A stretch of DNA of 64,000 nt from a virus (IMGVR_UViG_3300032238_000599:32001-96000), one strand, 5' to 3'. Shown: positions 48,901 to 59,225, numbered from the stretch's first letter. A program made the numbers and translations. The notes: generated by a model from the letters alone, not told the origin.

Positions 48901-51900
48901 TAACTATCAAAGTTTAATTGCTGGTAGTGCATACTATTCATTTGGTGTGTCAACTATTGCCGCATCAGAAAAAGCCGCAACTGTTGCTGCCTATTATAGA
49001 TTAGAAGAAGTTGTTAACTATGTTGTGCAGAAAAATACAAGTTGGACAAAATCAACTGGTAACAGCACAAGTCAAATAACTACAGGAACTGCTGGCAGTG
49101 CCGCAAGTGCTTACTTTGCTAGTGCTCGTATTCAAGATATTAACAACTGGGTAACAGCAGGCAGCGAACAAACTACCGCCAGCGCATTCACAGGTAGCAC
49201 AAGTACAACAACTTTAACAGTTACCGCAATTACTAGCGGAACTATTGTTGCAGGATCATGTTTAACTGGTGGCGCAATTGCCGCTGGCACATACATTAAC
49301 ACTCAATTAACAGCAACTAATGCCGCAACGGCAACTACTACAGCAACTGCATCGAGTGGTGCAACAAGTATTACAGTTGCAAGTGCAACTAACATTGTTG
49401 CAGGACAATTAATTACAGCAACAAACATTCCACAAGGAACATTTGTACGCAACGACTATGTATCTGGTACAACAATCAACCTAGTAACTATCTACGGTTC
49501 TCCAGTACAAACACTTGGCGCACTAAGCACAACATCAATTAGTTTCTATGCACCAGGAAATACTGGTACATACCAAATCAGTGTAAGCCAAGCACAAAGT
49601 TCTACAACATTAACAGGTAATGCAAGCATTACCCCTGTAACATCAGGTGCTTATGCTCTAGCAACATCTGCATTACAAACTGCTTGGACTGCACTACAAG
49701 CTCGCCGCACAGAAATTCAAAGCGACACAGTTGTATGGGTACAAAAGTTCTATCAAAACGTTAACTTTAACGCTGGAACAACAAGTCCTTGCTACCGTGA
49801 TGCTGGTTTAATTGTTGACGCACTTGGATGGGACATGGTTTTAGGTACAAACTTTAACTCTATCACAGTTGGACGTTCATACTATAGAGCAATCGCAAGT
49901 GCCCAACTAGTTCTATCAAGTCAGAAGAACGCAGAGATTGGCGCAATTCAATTCATTGGCTATAAAGCTAAGATGGTTGCATCGAGTGGCGCATCTGCTC
50001 AACTTACACAAATGATTGATGATATCAAAGAATATATCAATGGTACTACTTCAATTACTTGTACAGCAACTACCGCTACAACTAACGTAATTACAACAAG
50101 TTCAACAGCTAACCTAGTACTAGGAATGCCAATTGTGTTTACTGGTACAGTAGCTGGCGGCATTGTTGCAGGACAAACATATTATGTTTTAGCAATTCCA
50201 AGCTCAACAACTTTCACTGTTACTAGTGCAAGCGGTTCTACAGTTGCTCTAACATTAACCACTACAACTAGTCAGTCATTTGCTGGTGTACAGACAAGTT
50301 TACAAACTTATGGTACTATAACTTACGACAATACTCTTGCAACTATTAAAGGGGCTGAAATCTTACGTGCTAATAAGACATTCTTGTCATATGAAGCTAG
50401 TGCATACATTACAGCAACTTACACTTATAGTGTAACTACAACAACAGCAAGCAATGACAGATTTACAGTCAGCGGAACTCATGCTTTTGTAACTGGAGAT
50501 CCTGTAGTATTTTCTGGAACACCGTTTGCAGGCAGTGGTGTAACAGCTGGTACAGTTTACTATGTTACATCAACTCCAACTAGTGCAACATTTACAGTAA
50601 GTGCTACACAAGGCGGAACTAACATTGATATTAGTTCAAATGGTAGTGGCACATTTACAGTAGCATACTCATTTGATGCTACAAGCTGCCGCCGAGATGC
50701 CGCAGCCATTATTGATGCTATGGTATATGATTTACAGTACACCGGTAACTATAAGTCACTACGTGCCGCTCAATTATACGTAAATGCTATCAACGGTTCT
50801 AAATTAGAAAACATGTTCTTAGTACGTAACGGTACTGGTGTACGCAACATGACACTACAAGGTCTAAATGGTACACTAACTCAAGTCAACGTTTATGGAA
50901 CAAAACGCCCAACAGCAGGTGCTTATGTGGCACTTGATCCTGGATTTGGTCCTAATGACACTAACGTATGGATTACCACACGTTCTTGCTACTCACAAAA
51001 CGTAACAATGTTTGGTACAGGGTGCTCCGGCGGCAAGGTCGATGCGGCATTACATGCTGGCGGTAACAAGTCTATGGTTAAGAATGACTTTACAACAATT
51101 ATCAGTGATGGTATTGGTGTATGGTGTACTGGTGCAGGTTCGTTAACAGAATTAGTTTCAGTGTTTAACTACTATGGCTACGCTGGTTACCTAGCAGAAC
51201 TAGGTGGACGTATTCGTGCTACGAACGGTAACAGCTCATATGGTACATATGGTGTTATTGCTGAGGGTACTGATACATATGAAACTTCTATCAATGCTAC
51301 AGTTACTAACCGTGCTAACCAAGCACTAATTTCTAACGTAGTAACAGACTCTGTTAACAAGGTATGGCGTTTTGAATACTCAAACGCAGGTAACGCTTAT
51401 ACTAATACTGTACATACAATTAGCGGAACAGGTTACAATGCTGCCGCAACCGCAGATGAATTCCGTGATGCCGCAATATTTGAAACTCGTATTGTTGACT
51501 TAAACGATAACAACGGCGTCGGCGGCACAAATTATGTAACACAAAGCAATGCCGCCCAGGGTGGTGCAGTAGGTGAAATAACTATTGCCGCAACTGATAC
51601 AGCATTATCAACAGCATACACTGGTATGCGTATTCAAATTACTGCTGGTACAGGCGTTGGGCAATATGCAAACATATTAAACTACAACAATGGTAATAAG
51701 AAAGCTATCATTTACAAGGATAGTTTTGCAACACTGACTATAACTGCTACAACTAATGGTAGCCCAAGTACAGTAACCGTAGCAAGCACATCAACACTAT
51801 ATGCTAACATGCCATTCTTGGTAGCGTCAACAGTAGGCGGTTTAACATTAAACACAGTTTATTATGTTAAGACTATTGTTAATGCAACAACATTCAGCGT

Positions 51901-54808
51901 AAGCTCAACTGCTGGTGGCACAGCATTTACTAGTGAAATTACAACAACTACAGCACAGTCTGTATCGTTGTATGCCGCAGGATGGGATCATGTTGTTCCG
52001 GGAACTACAATTACAAACGTTCTTGACTTAACAACAACTTATATCATTGAACCTCGTATTAACTACACTGGTCCGGGATTGTTAGGAACAAGTAGAACAT
52101 TACCAGCAACTGCTACTTGGCAAGCCGCTACATATACATATGGCCAATTCTTAGCAATTGCCAACGGTAGTACAAGCACAGCATATTCCCCAGATGGGAA
52201 AACATGGGCAAGTGCAGGTGCGTTAACAACTACATCTTATGTTGATGTAGTGTTCGGTGGCGGTGAAGGCGCAATAGCAACCGCAGTTGTTGGTGGGTTA
52301 GGAGGTGTTGGCGCAGTACTTACAGCCGCCCTAGGTCCAGGCGGTGTTGGACAAGTTCAAACAGACCAAGTTGCAACCGTAACAGTTCTTAACGGCGGTA
52401 CAGGATATACAACTCCTCCAACAATCGTATTCACAGGTGGCGGCGGATCTAACGCTGTAGCTACTTGTACAGTTCTAAATGGTTCTATTGCATCAGTAAC
52501 TGTTACTGTAAACGGTAGCGCATATACTAGTGCTCCGACAGTAACAGCCGCAACAGATCGTGTAACGCAAATCAATATTGTAGCACGTGGTAAGAATTAT
52601 CTAAGTGCTCCTACCGTTACAATAAGCGGTGGAGGCTCAACTAACCAAGCTACTGGTACAGCGGTATTAACTAATAGTGGTGTAAGCTCAATTACTATTG
52701 GAAATAACGGCGGATCTGGTTATACTAGCACTCCAACAGTAACTATTTTAGATAGTACAGCAAGATATCTAGCAATTAGCGGAACAGCAGTAAACAACTG
52801 TTATCAAACAGTATCTGGAGCTATTACAGCCAGCGCTTGGACAGCAGGATCTAGTACCGGCAAGACAGATTTAAAATCTTTAGCATACGGACAAGTAGGC
52901 GGAGTAGGTTTATGGATTGCAGTAGGTGGTACTTCGGCAACTGCAAGTGCAGTATCAAGTTCAGATGGCGGCACAGCATGGACTGATCGTTCAAGTGCTA
53001 TTACTGCACTAAGCGCAGGATACTACGCAGGCGTTGCATTTGGTAATGGTTATTTTGTTGCTGTTAATAACGGCGGCAATAAGACATCTTATATGACTGG
53101 TAACCCAGCAACTTGGACAGCAGGCGGAACACTACCATTTACTACAGCAGTTAGTGTTGCTTATGGTAACGGACGTTTTGTTGTATTAGGTTCTAACGGT
53201 GCTGTTGCAATTAGTATTGATAACAGCGCAACTTGGAGCGCAATTGATACTGCAACCGGTACAACAACTAGTGTGTTATCAAGTAGCTTAACATGGTCTA
53301 CAATCAGATATGGACAAGGTTTGTTCATGGCAATTGCTCAAGGTACACAAACTTGTGCAACTAGCCCAGACGGTATCAACTGGACAGTATATGCAACAGG
53401 CATGCCAAGCTCAAGCAACTGGAAAGCTCTAGCATTTGGTAATCCAACTTCTGCAACACTAGGCGCACAACCATTATGGATTGCCGCAAGTAATACATCA
53501 GGTTCAATCGCCGCAAGTATTAGAACTGGTGCTCGTCCATTAGGCCGTATGAAAGTAATTGCTGGTGTAATAACTGAAGTTCGTATGGTAGAACCAGGAA
53601 GCGGATTCCCTAAAGGCAACGTTACTGCTACCACTGTAACAACAAACGTAATTACAACCGACGATACAACTAACTTAGTTGATAGCATGCCAGTAGTGTT
53701 TACTGGTTGCAGTACTGGCGGTCTAGCAAACAATACAGTTTATTATGTAATTGGCGCAACTATTGTAACTAACACTAGCTTCAAAGTTAGCTTAACAGCA
53801 GGTAGTGCAACACCAGTTACACTAAGTTCACAAACTGTAACAGGTACATATCGTGCAGGTCCAATTGTAACTCAGACAGATCCTAACAGAACTAAATCTG
53901 CTAACTTATGGTCACGCAATGGCGACGGTGCTCTTGGAAACCCAAGCTTCAACAACCGCGGTACTGGAAACATTACTGCTACAGCCGCAACAATTGGCGA
54001 CGGTTATAGCGACTTGTTCCAAACAGGAACTTATGTTAACGTCACCGGTTTATACAGTCAGCCAACTCCAGGTGCAAACGTACAGTTTGGATCAATTGGC
54101 AACGTATGGTATAAACTAGTTAGTGTTGTTAACTTGTTAGGGGTTGCTGGTAACTACTCTGCTAGCTTCCAAATTAACCCAGCTCTAACTACATTAAATG
54201 CACCACCACATGCTGATACAGTAGTAACAAGATTGAAGTATTCACAAGTTCGTTTAACCGGACATGACTTCTTGTACATCGGTACTGGAAATCAAACACA
54301 AACTAACTATCCTTATGTTAACCCAAATAGCGCAATTCAGGCTAATCAAGCTAACAGTTCGGGTGGCGGACGAGTATTCTTTACAAGTACTGACCAAGAC
54401 GGTAACTTCAACGTTGGTAACTTATTCGGAGTGCAACAGGCAACTGGTACTGCTACATTAAATGCTAACGCATTTAACTTGTCAGGACTACAATCATTGC
54501 AACTGGGTTCAGTTAGTTTAGGCGTCGGAAGTGCTGTAATTACACAATTCAGTACAGATCCATACTTTACTGCTAACAGTGACAACGTTGTTCCAACACA
54601 AAAAGCAATTAAGAGCTATATTAGCTCACAAATTGGTGGCGGAGCAAGTACTTTGAACGTAAATACATTAACAGCTGGTGTGATTTACTTGTCTGGAAAT
54701 AACATCTCAACAACGACAGGTGTTCAAATTAACGTAACAGCTAAAATGAATTTCGTAGGCGGAATAGACGGTGCTCCCGTAGCCCTTGCGTACTTCATGC
54801 AAAAATAA
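45923..54808 (+). CDS. Giant virion fibre/adhesin (2961 aa), paralogue of 37865
   Basis: Same MAEFKL.R start, CBM-like repeats, GDELR, NDFT, GGRIRATNGNSSYG and C-terminal HDFL.IG/STDQDGNF blocks; GATAAATA promoter at 45894-45901. Confidence 0.7.
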   Translation: MAEFKLGRIKFVWKGAWVGNTAYLVDDAVSYNGKSYMCVVSHTANSSSFETDLTAVTPKWQLAADGASWKGNWATNTYYAVGSQVKYGGQVYLCKTAHTSAATAALGLEADSGKWDLFASSFVWKGAWTTSTRYKVNDFVTYGGISYVCKTYHTSAATAADGLEVDILKWDVLNAGINYIGAWSGSSVRYKLNDVVKFGADLWICTGAHTSTGSTIDLVNFDIFINGFEFLNSWSSGTNYAIGDTVTYGGYTYIALDNHINKVPSTETAYWTPFTTGFNFRGEWSGATQYLIGDVVRVGGYTYLANGDSLNSAPPSGDWSRLNSGIRFVNTTASYTTVSTTNVTVTNGSATGAQFTVARSNTVYTLTRTANGSNYTSGDIIKILGTAVGGQTPSNDITITVTASAGSITGQTHTGVAVTWTTGTAYVAGDAVQYGANTYICILAHTADSSKRPDADVLGTYWNLLTAGAESNALTTTGDTYYYGSAGPARLPVGNEGQVLRVNSGLPSWGYFGQVNNLIYVAPTGTDRTDFGITPENPLKTVRYAAKLIEDGYLNQNACALLAKNKQFAIKEVNNYLQYTYRTSVTGTSGGAFTTANTSKLVVNTPITFTNQTGSLTLGGSAITSTTVYYVKAITTDISFTVSATAGGAALVAGGTGTATGQYYVDQTKAERDSGFVYEAIVHDLGHNGTWKTTAAVRSYYTTAGTNYITAQTGYQITQFAAGQLYLKTLIQKILANTAPSSNYQTLNSVVTTANQIIDTTLTAETGAVTTTNTLVDLVVNGMLAGSTTSLAAEVFPNTTISIKTGTYNEVLPIVLSSNTAVVGDELRSTVIQPKAANGLLSGDKAKTTAALNRIKAVIPDLVANTTISATSGNTQTQIKTLPAGSAGSTAASTAVVSSVGVMNSIVAGGLSNVPAFSYTTPTGYNSSYLIGFGDGKAQLVQNYQFIKDEISAYLNTNYPVVWAALGAGGQASCQRDVGYMLDAVVYDMTYGSNYQSLIAGSAYYSFGVSTIAASEKAATVAAYYRLEEVVNYVVQKNTSWTKSTGNSTSQITTGTAGSAASAYFASARIQDINNWVTAGSEQTTASAFTGSTSTTTLTVTAITSGTIVAGSCLTGGAIAAGTYINTQLTATNAATATTTATASSGATSITVASATNIVAGQLITATNIPQGTFVRNDYVSGTTINLVTIYGSPVQTLGALSTTSISFYAPGNTGTYQISVSQAQSSTTLTGNASITPVTSGAYALATSALQTAWTALQARRTEIQSDTVVWVQKFYQNVNFNAGTTSPCYRDAGLIVDALGWDMVLGTNFNSITVGRSYYRAIASAQLVLSSQKNAEIGAIQFIGYKAKMVASSGASAQLTQMIDDIKEYINGTTSITCTATTATTNVITTSSTANLVLGMPIVFTGTVAGGIVAGQTYYVLAIPSSTTFTVTSASGSTVALTLTTTTSQSFAGVQTSLQTYGTITYDNTLATIKGAEILRANKTFLSYEASAYITATYTYSVTTTTASNDRFTVSGTHAFVTGDPVVFSGTPFAGSGVTAGTVYYVTSTPTSATFTVSATQGGTNIDISSNGSGTFTVAYSFDATSCRRDAAAIIDAMVYDLQYTGNYKSLRAAQLYVNAINGSKLENMFLVRNGTGVRNMTLQGLNGTLTQVNVYGTKRPTAGAYVALDPGFGPNDTNVWITTRSCYSQNVTMFGTGCSGGKVDAALHAGGNKSMVKNDFTTIISDGIGVWCTGAGSLTELVSVFNYYGYAGYLAELGGRIRATNGNSSYGTYGVIAEGTDTYETSINATVTNRANQALISNVVTDSVNKVWRFEYSNAGNAYTNTVHTISGTGYNAAATADEFRDAAIFETRIVDLNDNNGVGGTNYVTQSNAAQGGAVGEITIAATDTALSTAYTGMRIQITAGTGVGQYANILNYNNGNKKAIIYKDSFATLTITATTNGSPSTVTVASTSTLYANMPFLVASTVGGLTLNTVYYVKTIVNATTFSVSSTAGGTAFTSEITTTTAQSVSLYAAGWDHVVPGTTITNVLDLTTTYIIEPRINYTGPGLLGTSRTLPATATWQAATYTYGQFLAIANGSTSTAYSPDGKTWASAGALTTTSYVDVVFGGGEGAIATAVVGGLGGVGAVLTAALGPGGVGQVQTDQVATVTVLNGGTGYTTPPTIVFTGGGGSNAVATCTVLNGSIASVTVTVNGSAYTSAPTVTAATDRVTQINIVARGKNYLSAPTVTISGGGSTNQATGTAVLTNSGVSSITIGNNGGSGYTSTPTVTILDSTARYLAISGTAVNNCYQTVSGAITASAWTAGSSTGKTDLKSLAYGQVGGVGLWIAVGGTSATASAVSSSDGGTAWTDRSSAITALSAGYYAGVAFGNGYFVAVNNGGNKTSYMTGNPATWTAGGTLPFTTAVSVAYGNGRFVVLGSNGAVAISIDNSATWSAIDTATGTTTSVLSSSLTWSTIRYGQGLFMAIAQGTQTCATSPDGINWTVYATGMPSSSNWKALAFGNPTSATLGAQPLWIAASNTSGSIAASIRTGARPLGRMKVIAGVITEVRMVEPGSGFPKGNVTATTVTTNVITTDDTTNLVDSMPVVFTGCSTGGLANNTVYYVIGATIVTNTSFKVSLTAGSATPVTLSSQTVTGTYRAGPIVTQTDPNRTKSANLWSRNGDGALGNPSFNNRGTGNITATAATIGDGYSDLFQTGTYVNVTGLYSQPTPGANVQFGSIGNVWYKLVSVVNLLGVAGNYSASFQINPALTTLNAPPHADTVVTRLKYSQVRLTGHDFLYIGTGNQTQTNYPYVNPNSAIQANQANSSGGGRVFFTSTDQDGNFNVGNLFGVQQATGTATLNANAFNLSGLQSLQLGSVSLGVGSAVITQFSTDPYFTANSDNVVPTQKAIKSYISSQIGGGASTLNVNTLTAGVIYLSGNNISTTTGVQINVTAKMNFVGGIDGAPVALAYFMQK

Positions 54809-54825
54809 TTTTGGAGAAATAAACC

Positions 54826-55173
54826 ATGGCATCAGGAAGATTAGGGATTAGTACAAGTTTAACAGGCGGCTCAAATGCTACTGTTTATACTGTTCCAACA
54901 GGCTATTACGCCGTACTAAACGTTAACGTTACAAACACTAGCTCTGTTGGTGTTACTGCAAGAGTTGCCGTTACATCAAATCCAGCGTCAATTGGCGCAA
55001 GCGAGTGGATTGAATACGGTGTAGGTATTGCACCTGGCGGAACTTTAGAAAGAACAGGTATTGTAGCAGACGCAGGAAAAGCTATTGTTGTATGGGCAAG
55101 TACTAGCACTTCGGGCTCAATAGGTAGTTGCGTAAACGCTAACGTGTTTGGCATTGAAACTTCAACAACCTAA
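54826..55173 (+). CDS. Small beta-sandwich virion protein
   Basis: VYTVP...NVTN...IEYG...LERTGIV; third member of the small-protein family. Confidence 0.5.
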   Translation: MASGRLGISTSLTGGSNATVYTVPTGYYAVLNVNVTNTSSVGVTARVAVTSNPASIGASEWIEYGVGIAPGGTLERTGIVADAGKAIVVWASTSTSGSIGSCVNANVFGIETSTT

Positions 55174-55194
55174 ATAGAACAAGTGAGATAAAAG

Positions 55195-56070
55195 ATGGCT
55201 CGATATAATACAGCGTTTAAAACATTAGTTGTTACCGGAACAGCAACTATTAGCACACCATTGCAGGGAACTGTGCTGGTGTCGCTTACAAGCACAGCCG
55301 GCTATACGGTAACATTACCAAGCCCTGTGTTATTTCCTGGTGCAAGTTTACAAATTTATAATAATACCAGCGGTGCGTGTACATTAAGCACACCAGCTGG
55401 TAACTTTACAGTCGGCGCCGCAGGTGCAAGTACGCAAGCGATTGCATCGGGACAAGTTTTTACTCACGTGTCAGATGGCGCAAACTGGATTACATGGTCA
55501 GATGTAAACGGCCCTGGCTCATTTACTACACTAACAGCAAGCTCAACAGTAACATTAAGTCCTGCAAGTGCCAACGTAGCAATTAGTCCAAGCGGTAGTG
55601 GTAACGTAACTATTGCTCCTGCAAGTCCCGGTGCAATTAACAACATGACCATTGGTGGTAGCACACCATTAGCTGGTACATTTAATGCACTAACATCAAC
55701 TGGTACAACTACGTTACAGTTGATTAGTGAGGTATTAAACACAAAATCGGGTGCAAATGGTACTGTTGTCCATGACGCAAGTACTGGCGACATTTGGTAT
55801 CACTCAAGCATTGCATCCTCTTTTACAGCAAACTTTACTAACGTGCCAACTACTTCAAACAGAACTCTAGTTATGACGCTAATACTAGCTCAAGGTGGCA
55901 CACCATTTAATGCGACTGGCGTACAAATTAACGGTACTGGTTATAGTATTAACTGGGCCGGTGGTGTTGTACCTTCAGGTCGTGCAAGTAAGATTGACGT
56001 TGTGACGTTCTTCATCTATAACGTAGGTGGAACATTTGCAGTTACTGGACAGATGAGCTCATTCGGCTAA
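55195..56070 (+). CDS. Fibre-like structural protein
   Basis: TVTLP.P, GAINNMTIGGSTPLAGTF and C-terminal QGGT...INWAGG..P...DVVTF motifs. Confidence 0.5.
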   Translation: MARYNTAFKTLVVTGTATISTPLQGTVLVSLTSTAGYTVTLPSPVLFPGASLQIYNNTSGACTLSTPAGNFTVGAAGASTQAIASGQVFTHVSDGANWITWSDVNGPGSFTTLTASSTVTLSPASANVAISPSGSGNVTIAPASPGAINNMTIGGSTPLAGTFNALTSTGTTTLQLISEVLNTKSGANGTVVHDASTGDIWYHSSIASSFTANFTNVPTTSNRTLVMTLILAQGGTPFNATGVQINGTGYSINWAGGVVPSGRASKIDVVTFFIYNVGGTFAVTGQMSSFG

Positions 56071-56092
56071 TATTGGACACTAGGAGAATTTA

Positions 56093-57718
56093 ATGCCATT
56101 AGTAGGAACATTCGGTGGTAATACCACAGCAAAAGGTGTAGGTGGATATCACCCTGGTGCAGGACCAGTTGACACCACATCCAGCGCCGCGCAAGGTGTA
56201 ATTGGTACTACTACTGTATCAGGAAGTTTAAACGGTACAATTTATAACCTAAGTGCTAGTTCAGTTACTGGACAGCGTATTACACAAGACCCATTTTTTA
56301 TGGGTAACGTTACCTACAGTTTAGTAGGTGCAACTAGTGGAACAGCTAGTAATACTAACGGTACGAACGTCACTGTTAGTACAACTACCGGATTATATAC
56401 TGGACAAGCAATTTATTTTTCTGGTTACGGCACCGGCGCTTTAAATAGTGCAAGTACTAGTGCGGCTTTAACACCCGGGCAGTATTGGATTACAGCAATT
56501 GGCAGTGGCGTTATCAGCATTGCAAGAACAAGCGGGGGAACTGCTATTAACTTTGGCGGATCTACTACGTTAACTGGCGTTAACTGGACTACAGGTCTCC
56601 CTCCGGGATTTAGCTTTAACGCTTCGACTGGAACTATTAGTGGTAGTTTAACAATTAATGCAAATACAAACCCGGGTGAAAAAGCCGGTATTATTAATCA
56701 CACAGTTCCAACAACTGGTGCAAACAGTATTGGTACAGGACCGTATAATCCTAACGGCATTCAGCCAGCAACTTATCGTGTAACTGTCCGTGCCACAGAT
56801 AATAGTTATGCTAACAACTATTCAGAGCGTTACTACGATATTAACTTGTCAGTTCCATTTGCTTACAGACAAATTATTACTGTAGGATATACTCAAGCGG
56901 GATATGCTAATTCAAGTACATGGACCGACAGTCAAAAAACAGTTGGTGCTAATGATACAACAACTTTATTAGCCGGCAACCAAGAAGCAAGCCATAACTA
57001 TCAAATGAGCGCACATAACTATACACGTTCATTTACCTATGGAGCTTCTGGTACGCATTGCGGAGCGGCAAGTAACATTATTGCATTTAACATGAGAACA
57101 GAAACTAACAACACTTCGGGTTATACTAGAAGTTATCCAGTTAGCCAGAATAACTGTTCTACATTAATGAACGAATTTTATTATGCATGGATTTCAAGCC
57201 CAGCAACAGCTTCAGTGTATGAGCATAATATGACCACTGAAACAATCACCGGCGCAGTTCCAGGCATGAGTTTATCAAATCCTCTAGTTGGAGGAAACTG
57301 GGACGGTTACGGATGGTGGGGCCCAAGCGGCGCAACCATGAACTATGCTACACGTACTAACACATCCGGGCGCGGCGGCCAAGGCGGCGACGCTCAGTGT
57401 AAAGTTCTAATGAACAAACAACGTTACCAGTATGCGGGGCGTGAAGGCTGTCCAAATAGTAACTGGCGCCGCAGTGATATGACTACTGCTACAACAAGTG
57501 ATAGCGCACCAGGAAAGTACTATAACTCAGGTGAAGAAAATCACACAACTGTACAAGATTGGGGCTACTGTGTTGGATATTATGGTCCTGCTGGACACGT
57601 TAATACCAGTTACAAGTTTGTTTATGCTACAGAAGCCAACTCTGGATCTACTTCATCATTAGACTGTAAAGGTGGACACCCGGGAAACAGCTCAGCAACA
57701 GCGGCATGGCGAGATTAA
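56093..57718 (+). CDS. Putative receptor-binding protein with Ig-like (He_PIG-type) domain and repeat-rich C-terminus
   Basis: GLPPGFSFNASTGTISG...YRVTVRATD Ig-like motif; C-terminal repeats ending in AAWRD. Confidence 0.5.
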   Translation: MPLVGTFGGNTTAKGVGGYHPGAGPVDTTSSAAQGVIGTTTVSGSLNGTIYNLSASSVTGQRITQDPFFMGNVTYSLVGATSGTASNTNGTNVTVSTTTGLYTGQAIYFSGYGTGALNSASTSAALTPGQYWITAIGSGVISIARTSGGTAINFGGSTTLTGVNWTTGLPPGFSFNASTGTISGSLTINANTNPGEKAGIINHTVPTTGANSIGTGPYNPNGIQPATYRVTVRATDNSYANNYSERYYDINLSVPFAYRQIITVGYTQAGYANSSTWTDSQKTVGANDTTTLLAGNQEASHNYQMSAHNYTRSFTYGASGTHCGAASNIIAFNMRTETNNTSGYTRSYPVSQNNCSTLMNEFYYAWISSPATASVYEHNMTTETITGAVPGMSLSNPLVGGNWDGYGWWGPSGATMNYATRTNTSGRGGQGGDAQCKVLMNKQRYQYAGREGCPNSNWRRSDMTTATTSDSAPGKYYNSGEENHTTVQDWGYCVGYYGPAGHVNTSYKFVYATEANSGSTSSLDCKGGHPGNSSATAAWRD

Positions 57719-57758
57719 ACTAATAAATATTCAACAATTTTATTAGCACGGAGACACC

Positions 57759-58652
57759 ATGATCGAAAGAACCGATAGAATATTTGAGTATCATCAAAAA
57801 TTTCAATTAAGCAAACCAAATACTGACATATCAATGCTTTCAGAGCGAGAGGTAGAAATTATCAAAATCGCTATGAACAAAGAATGGACAAACCCTAAAT
57901 TTAAAATGAAGTGGTTTGTTGGTAACGCACAAGTTACAGCATTTGCACAGTTCCGTCAATTTTTAATGGAACTAAAAGCTAAAGAAGAAGCCATCGAAGA
58001 CTTAGAATATAACGTTGCCAAGTATGATATTGAACTTACTCGCAACGAACGTCTTATTGAAGAAAGCCCAGACGATTTAGAACGTAAACTAGCAGAGTTA
58101 GATATTTGGCGTTTAAAACGAGATAAAGAACGTACACAACGTATTCTTCAAAATTGGTATCTAGAGCGCCAGCAATTCTGTGACCTACTAGTAGAAATGT
58201 CAGGAACTGATGCAGTTAAACTGCCTGACGGTAGTGGTAGAACTTACTGGGATATTATTGGAACCGATGAAGAAGATGTCTATGAAAAAGTGTTATGGAC
58301 AAATCGTCTAGCAAAACAAGCGGCCTGCGACATTATGTTCTATGGGCGTATTAATACCGGTAACATGGATGCTATTTTACAAATGGATCCTGATCAACAG
58401 GCTGAAACATTTGCACTAGCAACTGACTTTAGCATTAAAATACAAACACATTTACATCAGTTACAAGCAAATGCCGAAGAAACTGCTAGACTTCCAGGTG
58501 CACCGTTTGATCTTAAAGAACTAAAAGCTCCTAATATTCCATTAGACGACGGTATAGCACAGAAATTAGATACTATCATGCCTCCCGCAACACCAATTAT
58601 GCCTGAGGATGATAAAGATGACAAGGATTTATTAAATGTATATAATGTTTGA
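57759..58652 (+). CDS. Coiled-coil hypothetical protein (possible fibre chaperone/partner)
   Basis: AATAAATA promoter at 57722-57729; QFRQFLMELK coiled coil and WTNRLAKQAACDI...GRINTGNMDAI. Confidence 0.5.
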   Translation: MIERTDRIFEYHQKFQLSKPNTDISMLSEREVEIIKIAMNKEWTNPKFKMKWFVGNAQVTAFAQFRQFLMELKAKEEAIEDLEYNVAKYDIELTRNERLIEESPDDLERKLAELDIWRLKRDKERTQRILQNWYLERQQFCDLLVEMSGTDAVKLPDGSGRTYWDIIGTDEEDVYEKVLWTNRLAKQAACDIMFYGRINTGNMDAILQMDPDQQAETFALATDFSIKIQTHLHQLQANAEETARLPGAPFDLKELKAPNIPLDDGIAQKLDTIMPPATPIMPEDDKDDKDLLNVYNV

Positions 58653-59202
58653 ATCCCAACACTGGGAAGATCAGCGAATTAAGTACTTTGGAAGTACCTG
58701 GTTTATGCAGATTGCACACATCGATGAAGCAGACGAAGCAAGCGTTGATATTACTCCACTAAAAGGTATTGTAATTTCAAAAGATCTAGCCTATTGCTTA
58801 AAGATGCATCATGCAACTGAAGGTAAAATCATTGTCCGTGAACTAAAAGAAATTATGGACTATGCAGACTATGAAAGCCCAACAGAATTAAACTACGGTG
58901 ATAATGGTGGTCGTAAAGATTATTACACGCTAACCGAACAGCAATTGGCTAACTCTATCCAGTTTATTAAAAATATGATGACTATTTTCATGGACAATTA
59001 TGGACATAGAAAAGATCCTGCTGCCTTAATGGAACTGAAAAAGCAAGTGATGAATTTGCCTGCTACCGGTACTGTAGAAAATTTAAACAATGCTCAAATG
59101 TTTATGAGTACATATTTTGAATATCAAACTCCATATACACAACATAGAGAAAAAACACCGTCAATTGGCATACGCTTTCAATTTGATGGTGAAGGTTGGT
59201 AA
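58636..59202 (+). CDS. Hypothetical protein (188 aa)
   Basis: Overlaps the upstream gene; AAGGA RBS. Confidence 0.5.
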   Translation: MYIMFESQHWEDQRIKYFGSTWFMQIAHIDEADEASVDITPLKGIVISKDLAYCLKMHHATEGKIIVRELKEIMDYADYESPTELNYGDNGGRKDYYTLTEQQLANSIQFIKNMMTIFMDNYGHRKDPAALMELKKQVMNLPATGTVENLNNAQMFMSTYFEYQTPYTQHREKTPSIGIRFQFDGEGW

Positions 59203-59225
59203 ACTCACAACTTCACTAAACAAAC

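Noticed and set aside
37865-57718. Diversity-generating retroelement or invertible fibre cassette
   Set aside because: No reverse transcriptase or invertase in the window, and no TR/VR pair differing only at adenines was noticed; the repeats are protein-level paralogy.
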